A program made the translations under genes and the position numbers. Under the pieces are notes generated by a model. That model saw only the letters and a list, made by a program, of their open reading frames with translations, did not search any database and was not told where the DNA came from. Shown here in pieces: positions 1 through 13,375 of a stretch of 64,000 bases of DNA (positions within the stretch are counted from its first letter, which is position 1; each line of letters starts with the position of its first letter). The stretch comes from Camelus dromedarius. Taxonomy: Eukaryota. Where the stretch lies: assembly GCF_036321535.1 (NCBI RefSeq), contig NC_087438.1, positions 5,830,001-5,894,000 on the forward strand. The letters run 5' to 3'.

Positions 1-71
1 TTAGTTCCAAATATCCCTGTGTAATTTCTCTCACTGAAAGTAGAACAGGAAATGGAAAACAGCTGACTCAC

Positions 72-121
72 CGCCATTTAAAAGCTATAAGATGCCTAAG
101 ATTCTATGACATTAATTTCAG
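72..121 (-). other. Candidate 50-nt exon ending in ATG GCG (possible start-codon exon)
   Basis: Donor GCG/GTGAGT at 72/71. Acceptor tttgcccttcttacccgctccttttattgaag ends at 122. An in-frame TAA lies immediately before the ATG (77-75). Confidence 0.3.
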
Positions 122-3100
122 CTTCAATAAAAGGAGCGGGTAAGAAGGGCAAATAATAATCTTTCTTTAAAATGCTCATAAAAGTCTTGACTTTTAATAA
201 AGAGAGGGCAGTTGAGCTACCATTTTTTCCCACAGAAAAATAAACCACACTGTACAAGAACCTTCATACTGCCTATAGCAGGACACTTCTGAAAACACTT
301 GATGTATTTTTATAGTTATGGAAAAAAAAAAGACAAAATGCAACAAAACACAAACTGCAAAATAACTCTGAAAGGTACATGTAGTATGGAGTTTTCAGGC
401 AGTTTTATTATCTATTAGGCTGCATTTCAAGCTTAGAAAAAATTGCCTTTCTTTTTTTCCTCTTCATTTTTTAAGTTCCTTTTTCCTTTAAGCCATCATT
501 TCTACAGCGGTCCTCCGAAACAAGCCACAGAAGGATGTGTTAAAATGCTACCCTCTGAAATTGCAGGATGTCTAACTAGGAGGTCAGAAGGGAAACAAAG
601 TTGCTACATTAGCTCCATTCCTTTGTGTTGGGGTTTTCACTCAGGAGCCCGACCTCGGAGAGACTGCTCAGAGTCCAAGCCCTTACACAGGCCAACTGTG
701 GATTCTCCACAACTGTGAGAAAGCAGTTTCTCTCAGACCTCCTCTCCCCCTACCCCAAGCAACCTGCGCTCCTGCGAGAGTGGTTTCGTGTAACCATTGA
801 TCACAGACAACTGTGGGGATGGGAACTTAGTTACTCCACAGACTTTGATGCTGCTTGTTTTAGGGGTTTTTGTTTGTTTCAATGGACAAATATCTATACA
901 TTGGATAAGTGCTTGGGATTTCAGTCCTGCAGTCTTCTGCACACTATTGAGTTTTACCAAATAAAAGTCATTTAAAAAATTTTTTACTGGATCTCTTGGG
1001 CCTCTAGCATTTTAAAACATGGGAAGTCACAGATGTATTTCAGGATGCATTAAAAATTAAAATCGTAATTTTCCTACATGATGGTTTATTCTCATTTTGC
1101 ATTTAAAAGCAATTATTATTTCCCCATAAATTATCCATTTTCTATAATCTTAGTCTCTGCTAAAGAAATTTGTTTATAATCCCATATAAACTATATTTAT
1201 CAAAACCACTTCACATTTTATTTCATACATCTTTATGATATAAATTGTGTTTGGTTTTTATCATCCATATCATTTGTTAGTTAGAATTCCATTTTTCTTT
1301 CATTAATGAAATGAATTATAAATTCTACTTCTGTAAACAAATTTTAAATACATATGCTCTTCAACCAAGCTTGCCATTCCAGTGTTCCCTGAAGACGGCT
1401 TTACACAGCGTGGCACGTGGATACCCCGAGTACACATGTAACTGGAGTGAAGGAGCTTGATTCTTGCTCTGTGACCCTCTGCGCAGCCTGGGGAAGGTCA
1501 CGGCGGGGAGAGTGCCACGATTCCCCAGGCAGCCCAGCAAAGTGGGCATTTTAGAGGGTTTCAAAACCTTCAACCAATCTTAAAATGTACAAGGTTCTAA
1601 AATAGCAAGGAGATGACTCAATCCATGAATGGCTTTCCACTTGTCAACTGGGGCTAGACAGGATGGGTCCTGACCTAGGACTGTGCCCTGGGATTCCCTC
1701 ACAAATAGCAAGCCCTGTTTGTCAACACTGTCCTTCTGTTCCACTTTTTGTGAAAATACAGGCATCTTCATTGGTACCTGGAGAACATAGTGAAGAAAGA
1801 AAGGGCTAAGTCATTTTGGTTTACTTATCAGTTGTAATATATGCCTAGTAAACTTATTAGTAAATCTGTAGTTCTTGTGCTTTAGAATATTAATCAATTA
1901 TCAAATATCTGGCTGCAGCATTTTTGTAAGAGGCTTCCTCAGTAAAGTGCCCTTTGAAGTGATATCACTTGATATAGCATTAATACAACTTAATTAAAAG
2001 ATCACTGTAAGCCATTTGCTCTTTCATTAATTAAAATAAAGAGAAATGTATACCAACAAAGCAGAACAAGAATCTTAAAAACAATGTGAAATTTATCTAC
2101 TTCAATTTTTAATGATAACCAGAAAACATAATACACTTTAAGCATACAGGAGAGAACTGAAGGTCAAAACCACAACTTTCAGGGAAAATAACCTCCCAAT
2201 GTTTTTTACACTGCATATTTAGTGAGAATGGTAGGTAGTTATAAAATATTACAAAAAAAAAAAAAACCTCTGAAAATGACCCCAGATGTGGTGTAGCTGT
2301 TTATTTCATGTTAGCTGCATTACTTCATCTGACTGTATCATAAACGTGGGACTTTATTAGGTCCTACACAGAATTGTAGGTTTTGAGACCTGTCCAGCTG
2401 GATTCTAAAAAGCACAATTCATTTTGTAGCAAACTCAATTTCTGAGTGTACGGGGAACAGGGAGCAAGGAGTCTTGGAACAGAGGAGACTGACGAGGAAG
2501 AGCTCAGTTCAGCAAACACAGAAGGCACCACTAAGGTCCAGGGATGCTGTCTACTCGAGGTTTCAATAAAAGGATGGCAGACAGAGAGATGGAGATTGAG
2601 CTCAACTGAAAAGGATGCCACAGATGAGCTAAGCTAGATCCACACCTCAGATGCAGGTAAACCAGTCCAAGCTGGAATGTGAGGACAGCAACGCTGGGAG
2701 CAGAGTGAGTAGGTACCTTTCCTCATGGCTCTGTCCCATACGCACCTGGCACATGTGGAAGCTGATCCCACAGGTGGTGCCACAGAAAGACCATGAAATC
2801 TAGGCATGCAGCCTCCATTCCTGGGGTAAGGGAAGCAATGAGAGCACTTGGTCAAAACTGGCTCAGAATCCAAGCCTTCTCTCCACTTGCTCTCAAATTC
2901 ACATCTTTCTGCATGTCTGACAGTGGGGCTCCGTGAGAAAAAGGAAGAGGGGCCATGGGACTGAATAGGTCATGTCATTTCAGTTGCTGAGTGGTTATTG
3001 GAGGTAGCTGGTTTTAGAGTCAAGAAGGGAAATTAAAAATGATGTTTTAAAATACATTGCAAATAATTCAAAAGAGTTACACTAGGAACAACTGAGAAAG

Positions 3101-5908
3101 TTTAATCATGAGAAAAGTTAAAGAATGCAAACCATATTGTTTTAACTGAAATATATTTAGAGATAATCTCCCTAACAGCAGAATTTATGTTAATTCTGCT
3201 ACAATTATACTACACTTTTTACATAAGATCGCATTTGAACAAAAAAAATCATAATTTGAACAAAAAAAATCATCTAAACACATATACAATCATTGCCTTA
3301 AAACCTTTTAACATTAGTGTAAATCAGCAGTACCTTTGACAGCATTCATGTAGATAAATAGTCTTGTCATAGTCAAGACTAGACAAAACTTGATTTAAAA
3401 TGAAGGGACTATTTAAATTCAAATTTCTAATTGTTTCTTTTTAAACTGGCAATGATTCAAAGAACAGAATTAAGGAGTTCAAATTGCAATATATGTATAT
3501 TGATATCATAATATAAATGACTTATAAGATTATATTGATATCTAATAAAGTCAACCCTTAGTGACAGCTATAGAAATTTGGCTAATATTTCATTTCTTCC
3601 TTTAATATTTACACTTAGATTATTTTAGAACTTAAGCATTTCTTTTCAGTTGAAAGGCTTTATTGAAATCTGTTTTATCCTTGTATTAAAAAAAGGTGAT
3701 TTTTAAGAATTTAAAATATTGAGATGTCTAGTAAGTACAGAGTTCAAGCCTTCATGCAATCTACTTTATGCATGAAGAAATGGTTTTTCTACCTATGAAT
3801 CACATATACATTTCACTGTTACCTGTCACCTTCATTTATACAATTTAGATCTTTATTAATATAATAAATCAACTGACATTAATTTCCATTTTTATTTTAT
3901 ATATTCCTTTAGAATTATACAAGTATATACTTATACAGTTAAGGCTCCCAGTATAAACAATAATTTAAAGTTACAATTACTAAGAAAATTTCACACAAAA
4001 ATTTTTTTGAGATATTTCTAAGTATATATATAACATTTACTCACTTTCTTTCCTGAAAGTTAGGAATAACAAAATATTATAATTACTTTGTATATGATAA
4101 TGTGATCAAATAAAGCTATTTTATAATTTAAACTAAAAAATCAGAAAATGTATCTGGATAGCTCCAAAATTCCCACAAGATTAATTAATTAATTGGCTTC
4201 TTCCACTCTGCTAACAGTTATTATCTTAAAGTTACCGAAGTCATCCACTAGAATATACACAAAAAAAGAGCTATTTCCAATATAAGTAAAGCCATGCTTT
4301 CATTTTTTTAAGTCTTTAAATATGATCAAGACCCTAAAGTGAGAGAGTGCTGAAGCTCCTTCCAGCTCATTCCAAATGAGTTTGGAACATTTAAGTTGCC
4401 TGACATCTTCGACAACACGTAATTTTACCAAGTATTCTGTTTATTATATATGGGACACATATATAAAGAGGTAGGTTTACAAAATACATATGTATATGTG
4501 ATATTATATATTATCACACATTTCGTGCATATTATATGATAATATAAATCATATATATGAAAAGCAAGTAGGAATACAGTATACAAACAAATTTATATGC
4601 ACGCAACTTTAAGTGAAAGTGTTTGTTATATATCCATCTGTTTACAAACTTCTAAATGCCGTTTAGAGGCAGAAGTGGTTGGCGACAAACAATGAAGTAA
4701 TATATTTAAATATACATCAGCAGATGGATAATTTTGATAATAAATCCAGTCCAGAATAATTCATTGATGTAGCTTAAGTATTACTGCAACTAGTTTGCCG
4801 AGCTGATTTTTCATCTATCATACCAACTTACATCACACTCCTTTTTACAGAGAGAAATTTCAACTAAAATATATTAATAAACACGTCCCTAGGTTATACT
4901 AGATGGTTCTCCGCTCCATTAAATGATGCACAATTTGCTGGTTGTGATCTTGAATTAATAATATTCAGTAGCATATAAAGTCTCTAACAGGTATCAACAA
5001 AAAACATCTAATTTATAAAAATAATACAAGACAGCTTAGACCATTGGTATGTATCTCTTTCAATTATGTATGAGATGATAACACAAAATAATCTCATCCT
5101 GTAGCCCTGAATATCCTTTCAACTTTGCAGTGGGATCCAAGCCGGCCTATCGAAAACGTGAGCAGAGGGTGAAGTCTGCCTTTGGCCCCTTCACTTACTT
5201 TTGACAAAAGGAGACGTGACTTAAAGAAAGCTGCCTGCTTTTACTCTGCCTTCTGAGGCCTGCGACACCCCATCTTCTGGGCCTGATTCCTGCCCTGAAC
5301 TCTTCATTACATTTGAATAGACATTCAAGGAGAGACGACTCCATGGGTGAGACAAGCTTGTTCTTCCTGGGCTACAAATTAGACCCAGACTCCACCATTT
5401 CAAAATAATGTTGACACTCTATTTTGTTTATGAAAATATGGGTGAACTTTGATTTTGTTCTATTTCTCCAAAAACAGCAGGAAACAGCTATACGTTAAAT
5501 GTGTACGTACTTTCTGACGTGGCTGGTTGGTCGCGTCCCTGGTTCAGTCACTGTATTTATGATTCTCCTCTTCCCTCTTTCTTGTCAATACTCTAGTGCT
5601 TTATACCCACAGAGGCTGATGAAATCGGGACTCCTCCCGGCTCTTTCTATCAGAAGCTCTGTCATAAGGGAGGGAATGGGACTGTATCACCTGCGGGGGC
5701 AGTTCAAAGGGATATGCTGGAGTGCGGGTGGACTTACAAAAGCACATTTCACCCAAGAAAAATCAATGTTCAGAACCTCTGTAACCTCCCTGTCCAGTGG
5801 GAAGAGAGTCCAGCTCCCACTCCCTCCACAAAGTTCCCTGGAGGCCTCAGTGTTTGTCAAAGAACCAACTCCAGACAGGTAGAATGATTCACACAACTCA
5901 TTACTTAC

Positions 5909-6011
5909 CTGAATCAACAGATCAAGCACTAAAGGACCTACCACTTGGGGCTGGCAGCGCCAGCCTCCACCTGTTTAACAGCCCTCACTCCTGCCTCTTC
6001 TGCAAACGGCT
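5909..6011 (-). other. Candidate 103-nt non-coding (5'UTR) exon
   Basis: Perfect donor CAG/GTAAGT at 5909/5908. Acceptor cctgtgcctcctgacctcatctcaccag ends at 6012. Stop codons in all three frames and no ATG. Confidence 0.4.
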
Positions 6012-6639
6012 CTGGTGAGATGAGGTCAGGAGGCACAGGTATCTGCGTTCACTGTTTTACACCAGCCTCACTATGATTTAACATAGGACAATTGCTAACA
6101 AATCTTTGTATTTTTCTCCCATATTTATAATTTATTTTGACAATTCTGTTCCATGTTAATAATTAACTATACAGTATAGTACTCATCGTAGAGTGTAAAT
6201 GTCCTGTAATATGTACATTTACCTTTATATTCTGAAATAATTTTGGATTTATAGAATATTTCCAAAAAGAGTACAGGATTCCTGGATATGCTTCACCCAG
6301 CTTCTCCTAATGCTAATGTCTAACACAGTGCATTCATCACAACCGAGACATTAACATTGCTGCAGTACATGGGATTGTACAAACTGCTTCATTTCTGCCT
6401 TTTTTTAAACATAATATTATATCACAACACATTTTCATGTCAGTAAGTATAGAATCTACCTCACTCATTTTAAAAGCTTCAGAATGTGCCATCACAAGAA
6501 TTAACTAAGCCTATTTAGACAATCTCCTATTAAAGGAAATTTAGGTTATTTTAAAACACTTATTACTATGGGTTGCAATGAACATCTTTGTATAAGTTAT
6601 CGTAGGACAAGTAAAATTCTGAGTTAAAAGTTAGGGTTA

Positions 6640-7189
6640 TGTGATGGCTAATTTTATGTATCAACTTGACAGGATCATGGGACACCCAGATATTTGGCTA
6701 AACATTATTTTTAGATCTGTCTATGAGAGTGTTTGCAGATGAAAATAGTGTCTGAATTGGTAGACCCAGTAAATCAGGCAGCACCCCTACCTGTCCCCCA
6801 CGTGGGTGAGCTTCAGTCAGTCTACTGAGGACCAAAATTAACAAGAAGATGAAGGAAGGAAGGAAGGAGTGGGCACTTCCTGCCTGACTATGTGAGCTGG
6901 GACGTTGATCTACTTCTGCCTTTGGAGCTCCTGACTCTCAGGCCTTTAGATCCAGACTGGAATCTGTATCTTCAGTGCCCAGAGTTCTCAGGCCTTTGGA
7001 CTAAAGCTGAGGTACACTGCTGGCTTTCCTGAGTCTCCAACTTGCAAATGGCGGGCCATGGGACTTCTTGGCCTCCATAATCACTTGAGCTAATTATTTA
7101 TATGTCTTTATATATGTATAATATGTTTATTTATATATGTAAATAATCTCCTATTAGTTCTGGTTCTCTAGAGAACCCTGACTAATAAA
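6640..7189 (+). mobile_element. MLT2-family (ERVL) solo LTR
   Basis: Starts tgtgatggctaattttatgtatcaacttgac and ends ttctctagagaaccctgactaata, matching recalled MLT2 termini. Embedded in older L1M sequence. Confidence 0.85.
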
Positions 7190-8209
7190 AAGAATTATTC
7201 GTCACCAATCAAATACACAAATACACAACAGTGCCTGTTGCCATCCTTTCTAATGCATATTTTTTTCATTTTTCCCTCTTGATAAATACATTAAATAGAA
7301 TTCCCTGCACTTTTTGCCAGGCTTCCTCCTGCAAAGCTGTCTACAGACCTGACAAAGCAGCATTCAGTGGCAGCAGTTTAATCTCTTTCAAATGAAAAGC
7401 TGCCTGCAATAATGTCTTTCTTCTGATAATGTCAGGAGTTGTTCATATTCTTAAAATTCCTCTCAAAGCTTAAAATCAGTGTGCTTTTTTTATCCAAATA
7501 CAAAAGCCTGTTCTATAAAAGAATACGATATATGTTTTCCCATGTGCGAAATTTTTTACGCTTTGGGCAAACTTTTCTCTCTTTAACCTTTATTCTAAAA
7601 TAGACATTAGTGGTTAATTCCTTCCATGCTCCAAAAAATTATTATTTTTGGAAGATAGGTTTCTTAGAGTGAACATATGGAAATTCATAGATGTCTTGTT
7701 ACAACAGGTATCATGACGTCAAGGGTCATAGCTTTCTTTATTCTGCTTCATATTTCCCTCTGTGATCAAAATAGCTCATGAAGTTCTTGTCTTATTATTT
7801 CAAGTTGGAGAACTCAGACTGTTCCCACTTTTATATTCTCCTGACTTTTGAAAATACCAGAATTCAGAGAAGGTTGTTGGTTATAATCTTGAGACTTTTA
7901 AAATGATTACTAAGACTATGTTTTAGAACTAAGTATATATTTATAGGCAAACCTTAGCAAGAAGAAGGGTATATTTTTACTTTCCTGTATATTTTGTAAC
8001 ATAACAATGATACTTATTTTTATCTGGGCTTTATCTTTATCTTTACATTTAAAATAGCTAGTTATTTTTATCAACTTCCATGTACCAAGAAGGTGGTAAG
8101 ATCAGGTAAAAAAAGCAATGACTTTCCATTGTATCCTTGGGAATTGTATGATCTCCTTAAATATTAGATCATCTAAGTATCAACTGACTTTATTTGGCTT
8201 GTTTTACAT

Positions 8210-8321
8210 TGCTGTTGCTGGCAATTGGTGGGTAGAGCCCAGGGATGCTGGTAAACACAAGACAGGTCCCAGAACAAAGAACTGTCTGACCCAAATGTCA
8301 ATAGAGCCCTGGCTGAGAAAA
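8210..8321. mobile_element. MER20 (hAT-Charlie) fragment
   Basis: tgggtagagcccagggatgctggtaaaca...acaaagaactgtctgacccaaatgtcaatag...ctgagaaa resembles the 3' half of MER20. Confidence 0.75.
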
Positions 8322-8682
8322 CAGAGTTTTCACAAAACAATATTGAAGATGCTGACTGTACCTTTCATTTATAACCCACAGACTTTCCTGGAAACATGGC
8401 TTTTGACTGTGTGACAAAACTAACATGTATCAAATCCCCACTGAGCATCCTAAGAAGAAATGTGATGCAGAAAATACATGTTAGCTAAGTCTATACAAAG
8501 AAAACAATAAACAAAGTTCAAAAAGCATGTTTCAACATAGATATGAGTGCTCTACACCCAGAAGCCACCTCAGGTAGTATTGCAGATATATAGACATCAA
8601 AATTTAACGTAACGCAGATATCTTAAAGGTAGATTGTGGATCATTATAGGAATTAACGTAGTCGTGGTGGTGAAATTATAAA

Positions 8683-8958
8683 CCCACTTTTTAGTCAAGT
8701 TGTTTGTTTTCTTATTGTTGAGTTTTAAGAATTCTTTGTATATTTTGGACATCAGTCTTTTTTAGACATGGCATTTGCAAATATTTTCCCTCAGTCTATG
8801 GCTTGTCTTTTCATTCTTTTGACAGTGTCTCTCACAGAGAAGAATTTTTTTAATTTTAATAAAGTCTGGCTTATCGGTTCTTTCTTTCATGGGTCATGCC
8901 TTTCATTTTGTATGTAAAAATTCATCATCAAACCCAAAGTCACCTAGAATTTCTCCTT
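8683..8958 (-). mobile_element. L1M ORF2 3' fragment
   Basis: ttattgttgagttttaagaattctttgtatattttgga...tttgcaaatattttccctcagtct is characteristic antisense L1 ORF2 sequence. Confidence 0.85.
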
Positions 8959-9316
8959 CCCCAGAGAGGCTGCCTCCAACCTGGAGTGATTTTCAGGCTG
9001 CAGTAGGTTGCACGTCCATCAGTGCTCACCTTAATGGCAGCCTTTGCTCAGATCTCTGCTTCCAACTGTGCTGTCTCAGTGCCTACAGGTTCGCATGCCC
9101 ACGGTACTATTTCTGTGTGCTCTTAATGCATCCAAAGTAAACTCCTAACTGTGCTGAACTGCCACGTCATCTCTGCAGGTACTGATAATTGTTCTCCTTG
9201 GTTTGCAAAGGTTTTGTTCCTGTGAGTCACGCTGATTTTAGTGTGAGGTTTTACAGAATGCAAAATTTGTCAAGAATAGTGTATGGTTTTATAACAGAAA
9301 CATCTGCACATAGTTT

Positions 9317-9338
9317 TGTGTGTGTGTGTGTGTGTGTG
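9317..9338. repeat. (TG)11 microsatellite
   Basis: Direct reading. Confidence 0.95.
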
Positions 9339-12300
9339 CACGCATACAAACACACAAGTATATTTACATATGTGCAAACAGATAAAAAGTAGCAATTAAA
9401 AACATTTTTAATGTTTATTCCTGGCCTCCATATTTGTTTTCATGTTTCCAAGCTATTAAATTCCATAACAGAGTTTACTAAGCACTTCCATCCTTTTGGA
9501 TACTGTAGTTACATTTATTTATTTCCTATCATAAATAAAATAATATGTACCTTCATATAAATGGTCATTTAATTCAACTGAGTAATTTTCTTAGGAAAAA
9601 TCCAAAAGTAGGCTTATGTGTTAAAAGCATGAACTTCTTTATGGCTGTGACTGTCCATGGCTGTGTTATCTTTATAAAAGTTATGTGTCCGCAGCCTCCG
9701 TCATGGGTCTGTGTCATCTCCCATACCCTGTCTAAATGAAAGGCCAATTTCTGGACCCAAGGGGAAAGCAGATTAGCTAATCCTCACAGAAAGGAACTCA
9801 GGCAACAGCTAACCAGTCTAAACACAATACAAAGTTTATTTTAAAGAAAACTTAGGTGGTCAAAGACTTACAAGGTTAAAACTTTTTAAAAAACCTTTCA
9901 TTTCATTTTATTGTGATTATGATTTATTGTGATTACACATTTTACCACTGTAAACCTATTGAATAAGTATGATTATCATTACCATGAATTTTATTGTTAC
10001 CTCAGTGGTAGTTGCAAAGGGAACAAGACATACAACAACATACTTCGAAGTTGCAGACATGGCTGAGGAGTGAAGCTTGTAAACTTCAAGGTTCTTCCCA
10101 AATAATGTGTAAAACCCACATTTCAAATTCAGTATGTTTTACTATTGATTATTATTATAGTATTGATACTATAATTACAACGGTAGTGGTATCCATCAAT
10201 TTATATGTGTATGAATTGCGCTTCTCCTAATTCCAAATAAGGTCTGAGGTGTCTTATTCCCAAATCTCATATACAAATACACTGTGGAACCCATTCCTTT
10301 CATTAAGAGCTACATTATTGACACCATTTTACTAGAAATAAGTTACAAAATCCCAAGACAGTAGATCAAAAATATGGCTGAGAAACATATCCCAAGTTAA
10401 TAACAAATTATTTTTCACACCTTCAACTAGAGAATATATTTTCTTCAGTTTCCTCTTCTATAAAACTGGAATGGTAATACCCAACTCACAGAGCTATTTT
10501 GAGAAATAAACACATAAATTAAATGAGAACAATAACATTTCTTTGAGATGGGATGCATATGATTATTCTAATTTATGCCTCAATATAACTACAAATTACT
10601 ACATATTAGGCACCTTCAGGGGTGTTTGTAAACATTTTATATGGAAAATGCTGAATGTGTAAATGCCAAGGGCTATAAAGCAGTGTGAAATGTCACAATG
10701 CTTTCCATTAAGTAATGAAAAGCTACATGCCTGAATCAGTTAATTAGGATGTTTGACTACCTGTATGTCCCAAGCACAGTGGCACATGTTGAAGATACAG
10801 AGGAGGATATGAGTGAACTTGCTGTTGAGCGATGGAAGAAGGGCACAGTCATGGATGTTATCAAACAACACAGTAGAGCGGGGGATAAATACTAAGTGAG
10901 GAGCCCAAGCAGTAGCTGATGTGGAGAACATCCCCAGCGCTGGGAACACAGGTCTGACACGCACAGCATGGAGAAGGGGAGGGGAGCAGAGCAGCTTAGG
11001 CAGCCTGTGCATTACTCAAGGTATAAAGAGACATAATGATGTGAAAAAAAATACTGGGGGGGAGGTTTAAGAAGAAAAACATTGGCTGTGATGTTTAGGA
11101 TGTGCTGAATGTGCCACAGTTAAAGGCAATGGAGCCCATTAGAAGATTAATGCACAACTCCCATAAATATGTATTATACATTTTAACTGTAAGTGCAATT
11201 AGATTATTTTAAATAAAGGCACATAACCAATAAACAAATAGATACTAACTCCAAAATACCTATTTGCACTCATCATGTGTATCTTGCTAAAGACGCTCTA
11301 ATTCATATCATCTGCTATGATGTGTAGATAATGTAAATAAATATTATTTTAATTAATGACTTGCTTTTAATTAAAATTATTCATTTTTAATTCATTCAAA
11401 AATTATATCATACACTGAGTTTAAAATACAAATGATAATTTTTCACATTTTAATTTGCTTTTAAAATAGATTCCATTAATTGATATCTACTGCTAGTATT
11501 ACTAACCAAAGGACTTTTAAGTTGAAATATTAATAGGTGGTTATAACATTGATATTCTTGAAAAATGCATATTAAACTGATGGAATCTGATGTAAAGTTT
11601 ACAATGATGTCTTTTGGGAAAAATTAATAGTAAGATGAAGGCACAAAAGGAATAGAGGGCCTTTGTACTCCAATCCAAATGTGCTTTCTGTAATCTACTA
11701 ATTGCAACTGATTGATATTAGTTTTAGCTTCTAATATGATGCAGATAATACAGCTCACGCTCTTGCTATGAACACCTCCCCTTAACCATGCTGCAGTCAG
11801 TTGATATCTTGGCTCCCCCATGGGCCTAAATCATCTCAGTCATAACCACAGCCTTACAACAAGCATTAAAATCTTTCTGGAAAGGCCATGCTGGCCCCAG
11901 GATGAAGCTCCCCAAGGTAGGCAGCCTCAGCTATGACAAGTTTTATACTCAGGGACCAAAAGCAGGACAAAGAGGACACAGGGAATAAAAATGGCCCAAC
12001 CTGAGCCCTTCACAGCTCAGGGATGTTGAAGTAATTTGCTGGGAGTGATGATTAGAAAACTGTGTCTACGTGCTCAAGGGGAAGAAAAGAACCACTGGTC
12101 TCTTCATTGAGGGAAAGCCTACCCCTTTGGTATTTTATGTTCTCTATTATGTAAAATAAAGGTAATTATAGGGTCCTCCAAGTCTATCGTCTCATAGTCT
12201 CTTTCCTTGGCTGTTCAAGGATAAAAATGAATTATTCCTTTGCCTGTCTCATGTTTCATTAAGAGAAACCATTCCATGAACAAGAGTTTAATGGGCAGGA

Positions 12301-13130
12301 CTAGAAAACACAGGAGTCAACAGTTTCATCTGCAAAATGCACAAAGTGTCAAGTAATAGATCTTAATTTTTACACAAAATTTAACGTGCCGCCAAACATA
12401 AGTATATCAGCAGGATTCTATTGCATTTTGAAGGCCAAAAGAAGACACATACACAAATACCCCAACAGCGGGTACACTTCTATATGTATTCAAGTATTCA
12501 AAAATAAAAAGTTTCATGTTGTCCTAGAGTGAATGTTTATTACTCAGAAAAATGGCTCTCAGTCTTTATTTTTGATCACTATACTGAATTAAAATTACAC
12601 TTCACATGACAACCAGCACACACACATTCACAAAGAGAAACAGAGGTTTCAAGGGCAGTTGTTACCATATATATATTTTGGTTTTACATACATATATATG
12701 TCTATATATATCTCTTATCATCATATTTTTCATTCTATCTATTCTCTTCTCTTCTGTTCTATTATATCACATATTTTAAAATATTTTCCAATTCATTAAA
12801 TTAATTATAGATCATGAACCTCAACTTTATGTTTGAAAATTGCTGAATTAAAGTACCTCTTAAGAATGTAAATCATTTCATTGGATTATGTTATGCAGAG
12901 ATAAGAATTTATGAATAATCTGCCCTATGGGTTCACCAGTCAAAATCTGACCATGTGTCCACAGAAGTCAGAAAACAAGACACAAACTCCCTTGGAGCGT
13001 AACCAGCAGGGCGAGATTTCTAGACTATTGGAAATTCTGCTTTCACTTTGTTTGATTAATTTGTTGCTACTATTGCTTCAATTATGCAATAGCCTAGTAG
13101 GGACAAATAAAAGAGTTCGTATGTGTGCTT

Positions 13131-13132
<2 letters not shown>

Positions 13133-13166
<34 letters not shown>
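13133..13166. repeat. (GT)17 microsatellite
   Basis: Direct reading. Confidence 0.95.
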
Positions 13167-13168
<2 letters not shown>

Positions 13169-13375
13169 TGGAGAGAGGTGATTGGCCAAAGGTAGAGAAA
13201 GGGGCACATCTAGAAGTAACAGTACAGAGTCTTCCCACAAGATGTTCCTGTGGAGCAAATGAAGCTTTGACATCAGAGCCCTTGACTTCATGAGCTCCTA
13301 TAAGACCCTGGGAACAGATCTTGCAATTTTTATTCATAATTTGGTATGAATGAAAATATTCTAAAAAATAAATTG

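Noticed and set aside
2364..2900. Purine-rich segment with short ORFs as a coding exon or pseudogene
   Set aside because: No recognisable protein and no paired splice sites. It more likely represents a very old LTR-type repeat that I cannot name.
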